Of a stretch of DNA of 64,000 bases, positions 28,302 to 39,226 are shown piece by piece; positions within the stretch are counted from its first letter, which is position 1, and each line of letters begins with the position of its first letter. The notes below the pieces were generated by a model. The model was not told the origin of the DNA. It made no database searches and saw only the letters and a program-made list of their open reading frames with translations. The stretch is from Anaeromyxobacter sp. (lineage in GTDB: Bacteria; Myxococcota; Myxococcia; Myxococcales; Anaeromyxobacteraceae). Made by a program: the position numbers and the translations under genes. The stretch is from positions 512,001 to 576,000 of the forward strand of contig JASGJN010000020.1 of assembly GCA_049840735.1 (NCBI GenBank), read 5' to 3'.

Positions 28302-28943
28302 ATGAAGGTCGGCGTGATCGGCTCGGGCGTGGTGGGGCAGGTGCTGGCGGATGGGTTCCTGAAGCACGGCCACGAGGTGCTGCGTGGCTCGCGGGAGCCG
28401 GCCAAGCTGGCGGACTGGAAGGCGGGCGCCGGCCCCAAGGCCCGGACCGGAACCTTCGCCGAGGCCGCCGGCTTCGGCGAGCTGGTGGTCCTGGCGGTGA
28501 AGGGCGGGGGGGCGGCCGCCGCGGTGGACGCCTGCGGCGGCGCGCTGGACGGCAAGCCGGTGATCGACGCCACCAACCCCATCGCCGAGGCGCCGCCGGT
28601 GAACGGCGTGCTCCAGTTCACCACCGGCCCCAACCAGTCGCTGATGGAGGCGCTCCAGGCCCGGGCGCCCAGGGCGCGCTTCGTGAAGGCCTTCTCCTGC
28701 GTCGGCAACGCGCTGATGGTGAACCCGCAGCTGCAGGGCGGGAAGCCCACCATGTTCATCTGCGGCAACGACGACGCCGCCAAGGCGCAGGTGCGGACCG
28801 TGCTGGATCAGTTCGGCTGGGAGACCGAGGACCTGGGCAAGGCCGAGGCCGCCCGCGCCATCGAGCCGCTCTGCATGCTCTGGTGCATCCCGGGGTTCCT
28901 GAAGAACGACTGGGTGCACGCGTTCAAGGTGCTCCGGAGGTGA
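28302..28943 (+). CDS. NADPH-dependent F420-reductase-family oxidoreductase
   Basis: MKVGVIGSGVVG, IDATNP, VKAF, ICGNDDAAK, ARAIEP. Confidence 0.88.
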   Translation: MKVGVIGSGVVGQVLADGFLKHGHEVLRGSREPAKLADWKAGAGPKARTGTFAEAAGFGELVVLAVKGGGAAAAVDACGGALDGKPVIDATNPIAEAPPVNGVLQFTTGPNQSLMEALQARAPRARFVKAFSCVGNALMVNPQLQGGKPTMFICGNDDAAKAQVRTVLDQFGWETEDLGKAEAARAIEPLCMLWCIPGFLKNDWVHAFKVLRR

Positions 28944-29000
28944 GCTCCCGGTTCCGCCCGGGGCGCTGGACTCTGGCCGCCGCGGGCGTACGCTCCGGGC

Positions 29001-30657
29001 GTGCCCTCCCGCCGCGCCGCCCTCCTGCTCCTCGTCCTCGCCGCCTGCAACGGCGGGTCGGAGCCCCTCCCCGACGCGCCGGACGTGGTCTACGAGGAGC
29101 AGCTGCCGGTGGCCGAGCCGCCTACCGACCGCGGCGCGGAGTGGTGGCGAGACGCCGTCTTCTACGAGGTCTTCGTCCGCTCCTACCAGGACTCGGACGG
29201 CGACGGCCACGGCGACCTGCCCGGCCTCACCTCGCGGCTCGACCACCTCCAGGCACTGGGCGTGAACGCACTCTGGCTCATGCCCATCACCGAGAGCCCG
29301 TACCGCGAGAGCGGCTACGAGGTGAAGGACCACCGGGCCGTGGAGGACTCCTACGGCACCCTGGCCGACTTCCAGCACCTGCTCGACGAGGCCCACGCGC
29401 GCGGGATCCGCGTCATCATCGACTACGTCGGCAACCACACGCACACCAGCCACCCGTTCTTCCAGGACGCCCTGGCGCGCCAGCACGGCGGCTACCACGA
29501 CTGGTACGTGTGGTCGGGTGACTCGCCCGGCTGGACCCGCTACTGGGACGGTGCGCCGGTCTGGCGCTACGGCCGGTTCGGCTGGTACTACGCCATCTTC
29601 TACGAGCACCTGCCCGACCTGAACTTCAAGAACCCCTCGGTGGTGGCCTACACCCGCGACAACCTGCGCTTCTGGCTCAACGCCGGGGTGGACGGCTTCA
29701 GGTTCGACGCGGCCCACCTCTACGTCGAGAACGGCCCCGGCGAAGGCGAGCACGACCAGCCAGAGACGTTCGCGCTGGCCGCCGGCTTCCGCGAGCTCTT
29801 CGGCCAGTACACCGACGTCTTCAGCGTGGCCGAGGTCCCGTTCACCGGGGCGCGGTACCTGGGCGACGGCACCGACGGCTACCGCGCGGTCTTCGCCTTC
29901 GAGCTCTCCACCGCGGTCATGGAGGCGGTGCGGACGGGCCGGGCCGGGGACGTGCCCTACTTGCTGGACTGGGTGGCCACCGCGCCGGAGGGGAGCACCT
30001 TCGCCACCCTCCTCACCAACCACAATCCCTTCGCCGGCTACCGCCCCTTCACGCAGCTCGGGGGCGACCTGGGCCGGTGCAAGCTGGCCGCCGCGCTGCT
30101 GCTCACCGCGCCGGGCGTGCCGTTCATCTACTACGGCGAGGAGGTGGGCCTGGACACGCTGCCGGCCGCCCAGGCGCCCTACGAAGACGCCCGCATCCGC
30201 TCGCCCATGCAGTGGAGCCCCGGCCACGCCGCCGGCTTCACCACCGGCGCACCGTATCTGGCCATCGCCCCCGGGAGCGCCACCCGAAACGTGGAGACCG
30301 AGAACCGGCAATCCGACCTCGCTGCTGGAGCGCTACCGCACGCTGATCGCGCTGCGCCGGACCCACGCCGCGCTCCGCACCGGCGCCATCGAGCACGTCT
30401 GGGCCGACTCGTCCGGCCACCTCGCCTTCGTGCGCCAGGGCGCGGGCGAGGCGCTGCTGGTGGTGGCGGACCTGGCCGGCGCCGGCGGCACCGCCACGCT
30501 CGACCTCTCCGGCACGTCCGTCGAGGGCGGCGCCACGCCCGCGCCCGACCTGCTCGACGCCAGCTACACCGCCCCGCCGGTCACCGCCCAGAACCTCTCC
30601 ACCTACCCGGTGGCGCTGCCGCCGCTGGGCGTGCGGGTCATTCCCATGGGCCCCTGA
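29001..30657 (+). CDS. GH13 alpha-amylase-family lipoprotein; frameshift near 30318
   Basis: Lipobox LAAC; FYEVFVRSYQDSDGDGHGD, DYVGNH, DGFRFDAA, YYGEEVG, RSPMQW; removing one base gives SLLERYRTLIALRR and the C-terminal domain ending at 30657. Confidence 0.85.
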
Positions 30658-30659
30658 GG

Positions 30660-31028
30660 CTACCGCAGCGGCACCACCTCGTCCCCCTCGCCCTCCCAGT
30701 CGGCGAAGCGGGAGACCTTGCGGGCCAGCTCCGGCCAGCTGGCCGCCGAGCAGCGCTCCACCTGCTCGGCCAGGAAGGCCCGCAGCCGCTCGTAATCCCA
30801 GCCGAACACCAGCAGGAGCCCGCGCCCGACCACCACCCCCTCCGGCCCGTGCCGCTCCTGCAGCCAGCCCGGCGTGGCGGCCAGCACCTCGAAGCGCTCG
30901 CGCCCGCGCAGCCCCAGGGGGCCCACCTCCAGCACCAGCGGGACCGCGAACCGCTCCGGGTCTGGCGGCCGCCAGCGCTTCAGGTCGGGGATCTCGTCGC
31001 TGGTCAGGCTCTTGAGGCGCGCGCGCAC
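30660..31028 (-). CDS. Imm8-family immunity protein (orphan)
   Basis: Pattern PxDPERFxVxLxLxVGP...ERF...TPxWL...GRxLLLV...SWPELARKVSRFADWE matches Imm8 as I recall it; no database search was run. Confidence 0.7.
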   Translation of the reverse strand: MRARLKSLTSDEIPDLKRWRPPDPERFAVPLVLEVGPLGLRGRERFEVLAATPGWLQERHGPEGVVVGRGLLLVFGWDYERLRAFLAEQVERCSAASWPELARKVSRFADWEGEGDEVVPLR

Positions 31029-31070
31029 GGCCGGATCATGCCCCGGAGGCGGCCGCGGCGCACGCCCGCG

Positions 31071-32696
31071 CTACGCGGCCCGCACCACCACGCCCATGGC
31101 GGTCTCGCCGAAGACCAGCTCCGGGTGGAGCCGCTCGGCGGTGCGGAGCGGCCACTCGCGGTCGAAGAGCATCACCGTCCGGCCGCGCACGTCCAGGACC
31201 ACCATCCCCTCGACGGCGCCGGAGAGCCAGTCGAGGTCCACCGGCTTGCCGTCGGCGCGGGTCACCCAGCGGGCCAGCTGGTAGGGCGCCGGCTCGAGCA
31301 GCACCTCCACGCCGTACTCCGACTCGAGGCGGTACTTCACCACCTCGAACTGGAGCCGCCCCAGCGCGCCCAGCACCAGCTCGCCGGCGCGGCCGGCCGG
31401 CGGGCGGTAGAGCTGGATGGTGCCCTCCTGCGCCAGCTGCTCCAGCCCCTGCGCGAACTGCTTGCGGCGCAGCGGGTCGCGCAGCAGCAGCCGGGTGAAG
31501 TGCTCGGGGGCGAAGCTGGGGATGCCCTCGAAGGTGAAGTCGGAGCCGCCGGTGAGCGTGTCGCCGATCTCGAGGTTGCCGGGGTCGTGGATGCCGACCA
31601 CGTCGCCGGCGAACCCCTCGTCCACCACGTTCCGCTCGCGCGCCATGAACTGGGTGGGGTTGGCCAGGCGCACGTCCTTGCCGGTGCGGACGTGCCGGGC
31701 CTTCATGCCGCGCACCATCTTGCCCGAGCAGATGCGCAGGAAGGCAATCCGGTCGCGGTGCGCCTTGTCCATGTTCGCCTGGATCTTGAAGATGAAGCCG
31801 CTGAACTCGTCGCGGGCGGGGTCGATGGGACCCTGGTCGGAGGGGCGCGGCCGCGGCGGCGGCTGCAGCTCGATGAAGCTCTCCAGGAAGGCCTCCAGGC
31901 CGAAGTTGTTGATGGCCGACCCGAAGAACATGGGCGACAGCTCACCGGCCTCGAACCGCTCCCGGTGGAAGCCGTCCCCGGCCAGCTCGAGCAGCTCGGC
32001 GTCGTGGCGCAGCCGGTCGTAGCCGGCGTCGTCCAGCGCCTCCTTGACCGCCGGATCGTCCAGGCCGGTCACCTCGACCGGCGGCCGCTCCGCGCCCACG
32101 CCCGCGCTGGAGCCGGCCCAGGCCTCGTCGAAGAGGTACACGCGCTGCTTCAGCCGGTGGTAGACGCCGCGGAAGGTCCCCTCGCGGAAGATGGGCCAGG
32201 TGACCGGGTAGACGCCGATCCCCAGCACGCTCTCCACCTCGCCGATCAGCTCGAAGGCGTCGCGCCCCGGGCGGTCCATCTTGTTCACGAAGGTGAAGAT
32301 GGGGATGGCCCGCTGCCGGCAGACGCGGAAGAGCTTCCGGGTCTGCGCCTCGACGCCCTTGGCGCAGTCGAGCAGCATCACCGCCCCGTCCACCGCGTGC
32401 AGGGTGCGGTAGGTGTCCTCGCTGAAGTCGGCGTGGCCGGGGGTGTCCAGCAGGTTCATCTGGAACCCGCGGTAGGGGAACTGGAGCACCGAGGTGGTGA
32501 TGGAGATGCCGCGCTCCCGCTCCATCTCCATCCAGTCGGAGACGGCGCTGGACCGGCCGCGCTTGGCCTTGACCGCGCCGGCGAGCTGGATCACGCCGCC
32601 GTACAGCAGCAGCTTCTCCGTCAGCGTGGTCTTGCCGGCGTCGGGGTGGGAGATGATGGCGAAGGTGCGGCGGCGCTCGATCTCGTGGCGGCTCAT
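31071..32696 (-). CDS. prfC: Peptide chain release factor 3
   Basis: RRRTFAIISHPDAGKTTLTEKLL, SDWMEMERERGISIT, DTPGHADFSEDTYR, FKIQANMD. Confidence 0.98.
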   Translation of the reverse strand: MSRHEIERRRTFAIISHPDAGKTTLTEKLLLYGGVIQLAGAVKAKRGRSSAVSDWMEMERERGISITTSVLQFPYRGFQMNLLDTPGHADFSEDTYRTLHAVDGAVMLLDCAKGVEAQTRKLFRVCRQRAIPIFTFVNKMDRPGRDAFELIGEVESVLGIGVYPVTWPIFREGTFRGVYHRLKQRVYLFDEAWAGSSAGVGAERPPVEVTGLDDPAVKEALDDAGYDRLRHDAELLELAGDGFHRERFEAGELSPMFFGSAINNFGLEAFLESFIELQPPPRPRPSDQGPIDPARDEFSGFIFKIQANMDKAHRDRIAFLRICSGKMVRGMKARHVRTGKDVRLANPTQFMARERNVVDEGFAGDVVGIHDPGNLEIGDTLTGGSDFTFEGIPSFAPEHFTRLLLRDPLRRKQFAQGLEQLAQEGTIQLYRPPAGRAGELVLGALGRLQFEVVKYRLESEYGVEVLLEPAPYQLARWVTRADGKPVDLDWLSGAVEGMVVLDVRGRTVMLFDREWPLRTAERLHPELVFGETAMGVVVRAA

Positions 32697-33023
32697 GGTC
32701 GGGTTGACGCGCCGGACCGGCCGGCGGACCGGCGGTTTCTAGCAGGCCCGGGGCCGCCTGGCGAGCCGATCGGCCAGGCTGCGGCCGCGGCGCCTGGCCG
32801 CCCGCCCGCCGGAGGCTCGCGCTGGTGAGCAATCACACCGCGGCGGCCTGTCCCGGGAGGCCGGGACGCACGGCTGCGCCCGCTCCGCCCCGGGGAGGTC
32901 CGGCCCCCAATGTGCGCCTGAACCCCGCGTCACGCGACCCGCGAGCCACCGGTCTTCACTCCGGGCGGAACGTACTCGCCGTGCACCCTCGATCCCCGGG
33001 GGTCTGACTCATGCGGAGGTCCA

Positions 33024-35223
33024 ATGACCCAGCTCACAGTCCCCCTGGACGCGTCTGCCGTGCAGGGGCTCGATCCGAAGCAAGCGGTGAAGGTCCTGCT
33101 CACCTCGCGCGGCAAGCCGGTGGCCTCGCACGCCGTGAGCTTCGAGAAGAAGCCGCAGGCCCAGGTGACCTTCCAGGTGGACGAGCGCGCCAGCGGCCTG
33201 CGCGTGCTGGTCGGCCCGGCCGAGGCCAGCGACGCCGAGCTGACCGGCCTGCAGACCATCGGCGTCGACGTCCCGCGCCGCAGGTTCGGGGGGAAGGAGC
33301 AGCTCGTGCTCCGCCATCCGCATCTCGCCCTTCTACTGGGCCTGGTGGCTGAGGTGGTGCCGGAGGTTCACCATCAGCGGCCGGCTGCTGTGCGCGGACG
33401 GGAGCCCGGTGCCGGGTGCCGTGGTCTGCGCCTACGACGTGGACGCCTGGTGGTGGTGGTGGAGCACGCAGCAGGTCGGCTGCGCGACCACCGACGCCAC
33501 CGGCTCGTTCACCTTGAGCTTCCGCTGGTGCTGCGGCTGGCTGCCGTGGTGGTGGTGGCGGCTGCGGCGCTGGACGGTGGAGCCCTGGCTGGCCCGGAAC
33601 ATCCTGGGCGCGCTCCAGCGGCAGCCCCGCATCCCGCGGCTCCCCATCCCCGAGCCGGATCCGGCGCCTGGCTTCTTCGAGCGGCTCCTCGGCGCTGCGG
33701 CCGCGGGCCCGCGCGCAGCCCCGGCCCTGCAGCCGGGCTGGGCGACGCACGCGAGCCACCCCGCCGCCGCGGCGCCCGTCGTGGCTCGCGCCGCGCGCGC
33801 CATGTTCGACCCTGCCCGGCTGGAGGCGGTGCGCGAGCGGCTGGCCGAGCTCGTGCCCGAGGTCCCGGCGCTGGCGGGCCTGCGGCTCTGGCCCTGGTGG
33901 CCGTGGCAGCCGTGGTGGGACTGCACCCCTGACATCGTGTTCCGGGCCACGCAGCAGTGCCACGGCGCGGAGCGCGTCATCGTGAGCGAGGGCCTGCAGT
34001 CGGTGCGCCGGGACATCCCCACCACGCTCGACGTCACCCTCACGGCGTCCGAAGAGGCCTGCTGCATCCCCACCGGCGACTGCGCGGAGGGGGACTGCCT
34101 GGCGCTGGCCAAGGTGTGTGGCTTCGACGCCGACGAGGTGGGCGGCAACCCCGGCGCGGCGCCGGCGCCGGCCGGCTACGCCCGCCCCAACCTGATCGCC
34201 AGCAACGGCGACGCGCCGTTCGCCGAGGTGGTGGAGATCCGCGGCACCGCGCAGTGCCTCACCGGGATTCGACTACTACAGATCCTGTTCAGCCCCGACG
34301 GCCTCACCTGGCTGCCGGTGCCCCCGGCGGCGCTCGGCACCTTCGCCCGCGAGTACTGGGACTTCGGCCTGGGCACCGACGTGGACGTCCCGTTCAGCGC
34401 GCAGGTCCCCATCGACGGGCACCACGTCTACGAGACGGTGGAGCACTACGAGGCCACCCACTCACCCGCCGACTGGGGCGGCGCCAAGGTCTGGCTGGGC
34501 ACCAACCTCGACATGATCGTCCCCTGGGTCACGAACCCCACCTTCGCCGACGGGACCTACCGCCTGAAGGTCGTCGGCTACACCGCGGCCGGCGGCGTGC
34601 TCACCAGCCAGGGCGTGCTGAAGGTGTGCGGGTCGGACGCCGACGCGCAGCTCACGGTGACCCTGGACAACCAGTCCACCTTCCCGCCGCCCGGTCCGCT
34701 CGACAACCCGTGCGGCCCCGGCACCAGCCACGCCTGCACCCGCGAGCCGGACACCGACATCGTGGACGTCCGGATCGTCCGGGCGGGCGGCGACACCGTG
34801 CCGGTCGGCGCCTGCGGAAACGTGAAGCTCGCCGCGGGAGACCAGCTCGAGGTGGACCTCGTGGCCCACGACGCGCAGGGCCACCTAGCCTCCTACTCCC
34901 TGGTCGCCACCTACGGGGAGAACCTGTCGCGCGACCTCCTGGCGCTCGGCGGTGTGCTCTCGCCGCTCGGAGGCGTCCCGGGGGTGCCCGCTGCGTCCCA
35001 GGTCGGCCCGGACTATGCCGCGGCCCGCACCGCGCCGCAGACGGCGGTCGCGCCCACCTGGACCGGCGGCGCCATCCGGCTCTCCATCCCGGCCGCGCTC
35101 GCCTTCCCCGAGACCTGCTGCTACCAGCTCGAGCTCCGGGCCTACAAGCGCACCATCGTCAGCTGCCAGGACAACAACGCCCACCAGAACCTGAGCGAGC
35201 GCAGCTTCCAGATCACGGTGTGA
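33024..35223 (+). CDS. Uncharacterised Trp- and Cys-rich protein (~730 aa) with a transthyretin/carboxypeptidase-regulatory-like segment; frameshift near 33311
   Basis: GGAGG RBS; the N-terminal frame joins AIRISPFYWAWWLRWCRRFTISGRLLCADGSPVPGA, then DVDAWWWWW, WCCGWLPWWWW, WPWWPWQPWWDC. A probable compensated indel pair lies at about 34267-34280. Confidence 0.75.
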
Positions 35224-35230
35224 GGGGGCC

Positions 35231-35521
35231 ATGACCGGGGTGACGCTGCTCATGGGCGTGCTGGCGACCTGGCGGCTCACCCACCTCGTGGTGGCGGAGG
35301 ACGGGCCATGGAACCTCGTGGCCCGCCTCCGCCTGCTGGCCGGCGCGGGCATGCTCGGCCAGCTGATGGACTGCTTCAAGTGCGCCAGCCTCTGGGTGTC
35401 GGTGCCGTTCGCGGCCTGGCTCTCGGGCGGCTGGCGCGAGGGCGGCCTCGCCTGGCTGGCGTTCTCGGGCGGAGCCATCCTGCTGGAGCGCCTCGCGCAG
35501 GCGCCCGGCGGGGACCACTGA
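35231..35521 (+). CDS. DUF1360-like small membrane protein with CxxC
   Basis: LATWRLTHLVVAEDGP...LMDCFKCASLWV; hydrophobic helices; GAGG RBS. Confidence 0.72.
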   Translation: MTGVTLLMGVLATWRLTHLVVAEDGPWNLVARLRLLAGAGMLGQLMDCFKCASLWVSVPFAAWLSGGWREGGLAWLAFSGGAILLERLAQAPGGDH

Positions 35522-35537
35522 CGCGGAGGGACGGACC

Positions 35538-35804
35538 ATGTGCTGCGGAAGCAACAGGGAGGCGGCGCGCGCCGCCGCGATGGCGGCCGGTGCGGGGCGC
35601 TCCCAGCCGGCCGGCGCGCCGGCGGGGAGCCCGGCCACCTCGGTGATCGATCGTTCGAGTACCTGGGGACCGGCGCGGTGACGATCACCGGACCGGTGAG
35701 CGGGCGGGCCTACCGGTTCGCCGGGACCGGCGACCGCGTGCGGGTCGACGCGCGGGACCGCCCCGGGCTGGCAGGACTGGGCACGCTGCGCTGGCTGCGC
35801 GTAG
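35538..35804 (+). CDS. Small MCCG-start protein; frameshift near 35650, stop inferred
   Basis: GGAGGG RBS then ATG TGC TGC GGA (MCCGSNR); a shifted frame gives FEYLGTGAVTITGPVSGRAYRF...VDARDR...LRWLR. Missed as a unit by the ORF track. Confidence 0.6.
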
Positions 35805-35860
35805 ACGACCGTGCGCGGTTCGGGATCAGCTACGCTGTCCCGAACCGCGACGGCCGTCTA
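35802..35860. repeat. Long imperfect inverted repeat (terminator or REP/MITE-like)
   Basis: TAGACG.CCGT.CGCGGTTCGGGA.CAGC-TAC-GCTG.TCCCGAACCGCG.ACGG.CGTCTA. Confidence 0.6.
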
Positions 35861-36083
35861 GCAGATCGCACCGGGGGCTGCGCCCCCGCCCCGCCGGCGG
35901 AGCCGTCCGGGCCCCACCCCTGCTGCGCTGGGTCCCGCCGCGCTGCGGGCCGGATCATCCAGACAGTGGACTGGGCCCTTGCGCGGCACCCAGCGTCGAG
36001 GGGCTGCGCCCCTCCCCCAGCTGCGCTGGGGCCCCCACCCTGCCACGTGCCTCCGATTCACGACCGCTCGTCCAGCCGGGCCC

Positions 36084-37686
36084 TCAGGCGCCGGAAGTCG
36101 AGGTCGCCGCCGGGGTGGCGGACGAGGCCTGGAGCCGGCGCGCCTCGGCGCTGATGGCCGGGAAGGTCCGCCCGCCGGCGACCGCGGCGGTGCAGGCCAC
36201 GCCGCCCATGAGCGCGCCCACGATCCCCAACACGGCGGCATCCGCGCCGGTCAGGAAGAGCCCGGGCACGGGCGTGCGCGGCTGGAGCCAGCGCTGCCGG
36301 AACCGCTCCGGCGTGCCCGGCAGCCCGTAGAATCTCGCCGCCCGGGTGCGCGGTGAACCCCTCGCTGGAGAGCGGCGTGGAGAGCTCCTGGTGGACCACC
36401 AGCCCGCGCAGCCCGGGGAGCCGCGCCTCGGCGGCGGCCAGCAGCGCCTCCGCGATCCTGGCCTTCTGGGCCTCGTACTCGGCCCCGCGCCTCTTCCAGG
36501 CGGAGCCCGCCCAGCGCGCGAAGGCGGCGCCGTCCACGCTGGTGATGAGCTCGGCGGTGTGGGCCCGGGCGGCCGGGTCCTTCATGGAGGGGAAGGACAG
36601 GTAGCACTGCGGCACGCGCCCCTCCAGCACGCCGCTGCGGTCCGCCCAGGCCGCGTCGTGGTCGAGCCCCTGGTGCAGCCAGAAGTTCTCGCCCCGCACG
36701 CCCAGCTCGGCCGGAGAGCGCGACAGCCCGAGGTAGAGCGTCACCGCGGCCATGCTGGGCGGGAAGGCGCGCAGGGTCTCGCGGAAGGGGATGGGCACCT
36801 CGTCGCCCAGCAGCCGGAGGAAGGTGTTGCGCGCGCCGGCGTCGGAGATGACCACCGGCGCCCGGACCTCCTCGCCCGCCGCGAGCCTGACGCCCACGGC
36901 GCGCCCGCCCTCCACCAGGATGCGCGCCACCTCGGCGCGGACGCGGACCTCCCCGCCCGCCGCCTCGATCACCCTGCGCGCGCCGTCCGCCAGCGAGGCC
37001 GCGGAGCCCTCCGGGTAGGCCGCGCCCTCCAGGTAGTGCTGCGCGATCACCGCCTGCATCAGGAAGGCCCCCTGCCCCGGCGGCAGCCCGTGATCGCCCC
37101 AGCGCGCCCCCAGCACCGCCCGCAGCCGCGGGTCGCGGACGTGCGCGGCCAGCCAGTCGCCGGTGGTCTGCAGCGCCAGCCGCTCGCGCCCGGCCAGCAG
37201 CCACCCCACCGCCGCCGCCACCGGCCGCGGCGCGGCGCTGCGGAGGATGGGCAGCGCCATGACCGCCTGGACCTTGCGCACGTCGCTGAACCAGCGGTCG
37301 ATGGCCTTCCGCTCGGCCGGGAAGGCCGCGACCAGGTCGTCGCGCTGGTTCCGCGCGCCAGCCCGGTAGGTGAACTCGAAGCCCGGGAAGACCAGCCGGT
37401 CGAACCCCTCCGGCATGGGGTTCCAGCGGACCGTGCCGCCCGTGACCACCGCCATGGCGTCGCGGGGCATGCCCGGCTCCAGCATGCCACCCACGTAGTG
37501 GAGCCCCACGTCCCAGCGGAAGCCGCCCGGGCGCTCGAAGGTGTGCGTGAAGCCCCCTGCCCGCCAGTGGCGCTCCAGCACCAGCACCCGGCGCCCGTGC
37601 AGCCGCGCCAGCAGCGCCGCCGCGGCCAGCCCGCCCATCCCCGACCCGATCACCACCGCGTCCCAGCCGCCGCTCGCCTGAGCCAT
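36084..37686 (-). CDS. Phytoene-desaturase/retinol-saturase-family FAD oxidoreductase; frameshift near 36332
   Basis: DAVVIGSGMGGL, AGGFTHTF...WDVGLHYVG, ELSTPLS; removing one base gives YGLPGTPERF...TPVPGLFLTGAD. Confidence 0.85.
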
Positions 37687-37792
37687 CACCGCTCCCCGCC
37701 GGGCGCCGCGCGCCCGAGCCTGCAGTCATCATGCCTCGTCGCGGCCGCGCCCGCTCGGCCCGCGCTGCCGGCGACCTGGCCGGCGGCGCCGG

Positions 37793-39226
37793 TCACGGCT
37801 GCGCCGGCACCGCGCAGCGCGCCGCCTCGTCCGCGCCGAGCAGCACCCCCTCGCGGAGCAGCCGCAGGTTGACGGCGGACCGGACGTCGGACGGGTCGAG
37901 CCGCAGCGCCTCGCGCAGGGCGGCCTCGGCCTCCTCCGGGCGGCAGGCGTGGGCCAGCGCCCAGCCCAGGTTGGCGTGGGCGCGCGGGTTGTGCGGCGCC
38001 TTCTCCACCACGTCGCTCCAGAAGGTCACCTCATCCCGGTAGACCTGGCTGCGGACCGCGGTCACCACCCCCAGCGCCAGGAGCAGCGCCGCCACGCCGG
38101 CGCGGACCGCGCTGGAGCGCAGCGCCACGGCGTGCAGCGCCACCGCCGCCGCCCAGGCGGGCCCGAGCAACGCCAGGTAGAGCTGCCGCTCGCTGGCCGG
38201 CTCCGGGCGGGGCAGCCACCACCCCTGCGGCGCCAGCCAGAGCAGGAACCAGAGCACCGCGAAGCCGGCCACCGCGGCGCCCCCGCCGGCCCGCCGGCGC
38301 AGCCCGGCCAGCGCCAGCGCGGCGAGCAGGCCCAGGGCGGCCAGCGCCGCCACCGAGGCGGCGTCCGGCGCGAGCACCGCCCGGAGCGCCGGGTCGGCCA
38401 CCAGCCGGTGGGGACGGACCAGCTGCCCGGCCAGCCAGAGCGTGGCCTCGGCGTGCGTGAGCAGGTTCGCGAGCGGCCCGCGCAGCGCCAGGCTGCGCGT
38501 CATCATCCGCGCGTAGACCGGCGAGCCCAGCAGCAGCGCCGCCCCCCCGGCCAGCACCAGCCAGTGGACCGCGGTGGAGCCGAGCGCCGCCCGCCAGGAA
38601 CGGCCCGGTCGCCGGTCGAGCGCCTCGCACAGGAGCAGCGCGGGCGGCACGGCCAGCGCGCCCTCCTTCACCCCCAGCGCCAGCACCATGAGCGCCGGGG
38701 AGAGCAGGTAGACGCGCACCCAGCTGCCGCGCTCCCGGCCCGCCACGTGGGCCAGCAGGGAGGCCAGCGAGAGCGCCCCGCAGAGCGCGCTGGAGCGGCC
38801 GGAGACGTAGGTCACCGCCTCGACCTGGACCGGGTGGAGCGCGAAGAGGAGCGCGCCCACCACCGCCGCGGTGGGCGGCAGGGCCGGCCTCAGGCGCCGC
38901 CCCAGGCGGTCCAGCAGCGCCAGCGCCAGCAGGGCCGCCGCCACGTGCACCGCCAGGTTGACCGCGTGCTGCCCTGGCAGCCCCCAGCCCAGCTGGTGGT
39001 CCAGCGCGTAGGTGAGCTTCAGCAGCGGCCGGATGCCCGGCATCGAGGCCCACCACGCACCCAGGGACTGGACCCGCGCGTCCCCCTCGATCACCGCGAA
39101 GTCGTCGAACTGCAGCTGGCCCGCGAACGACGTGGCGTGCGCCGCGGCCGTGGCCAGCACCACCGCCACCCGGGCCGACGGCGGGACCGCGGGCGGCGCC
39201 CCGGCGCCGGTCCCCTGGTCAGCCAC
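37793..39226 (-). CDS. TMTC-like GT-C membrane glycosyltransferase with a C-terminal TPR
   Basis: FDD motif, RPLLKL, LFALHPVQVEAVTYVSGRS, KE, SERQLY, TPR (RAHANLGWAL). Confidence 0.8.
   Translation of the reverse strand: MADQGTGAGAPPAVPPSARVAVVLATAAAHATSFAGQLQFDDFAVIEGDARVQSLGAWWASMPGIRPLLKLTYALDHQLGWGLPGQHAVNLAVHVAAALLALALLDRLGRRLRPALPPTAAVVGALLFALHPVQVEAVTYVSGRSSALCGALSLASLLAHVAGRERGSWVRVYLLSPALMVLALGVKEGALAVPPALLLCEALDRRPGRSWRAALGSTAVHWLVLAGGAALLLGSPVYARMMTRSLALRGPLANLLTHAEATLWLAGQLVRPHRLVADPALRAVLAPDAASVAALAALGLLAALALAGLRRRAGGGAAVAGFAVLWFLLWLAPQGWWLPRPEPASERQLYLALLGPAWAAAVALHAVALRSSAVRAGVAALLLALGVVTAVRSQVYRDEVTFWSDVVEKAPHNPRAHANLGWALAHACRPEEAEAALREALRLDPSDVRSAVNLRLLREGVLLGADEAARCAVPAQP

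Noticed and set aside
29001..32828. 1275-aa ORF that appears to fuse an amylase to a long tail
   Set aside because: It is read-through after the indel near 30318; the tail is the antisense of Imm8 and prfC.
32825..32836. CRP/FNR site upstream of the Trp-rich cassette (GTGA-GCAA-TCAC)
   Set aside because: The 4-bp spacer does not fit CRP (N6) and the arms do not match FNR TTGAT; too short to call.
36084..37686. Carotenoid biosynthesis cluster
   Set aside because: No crtB, crtE or crtY nearby; a lone desaturase-family enzyme is not enough.
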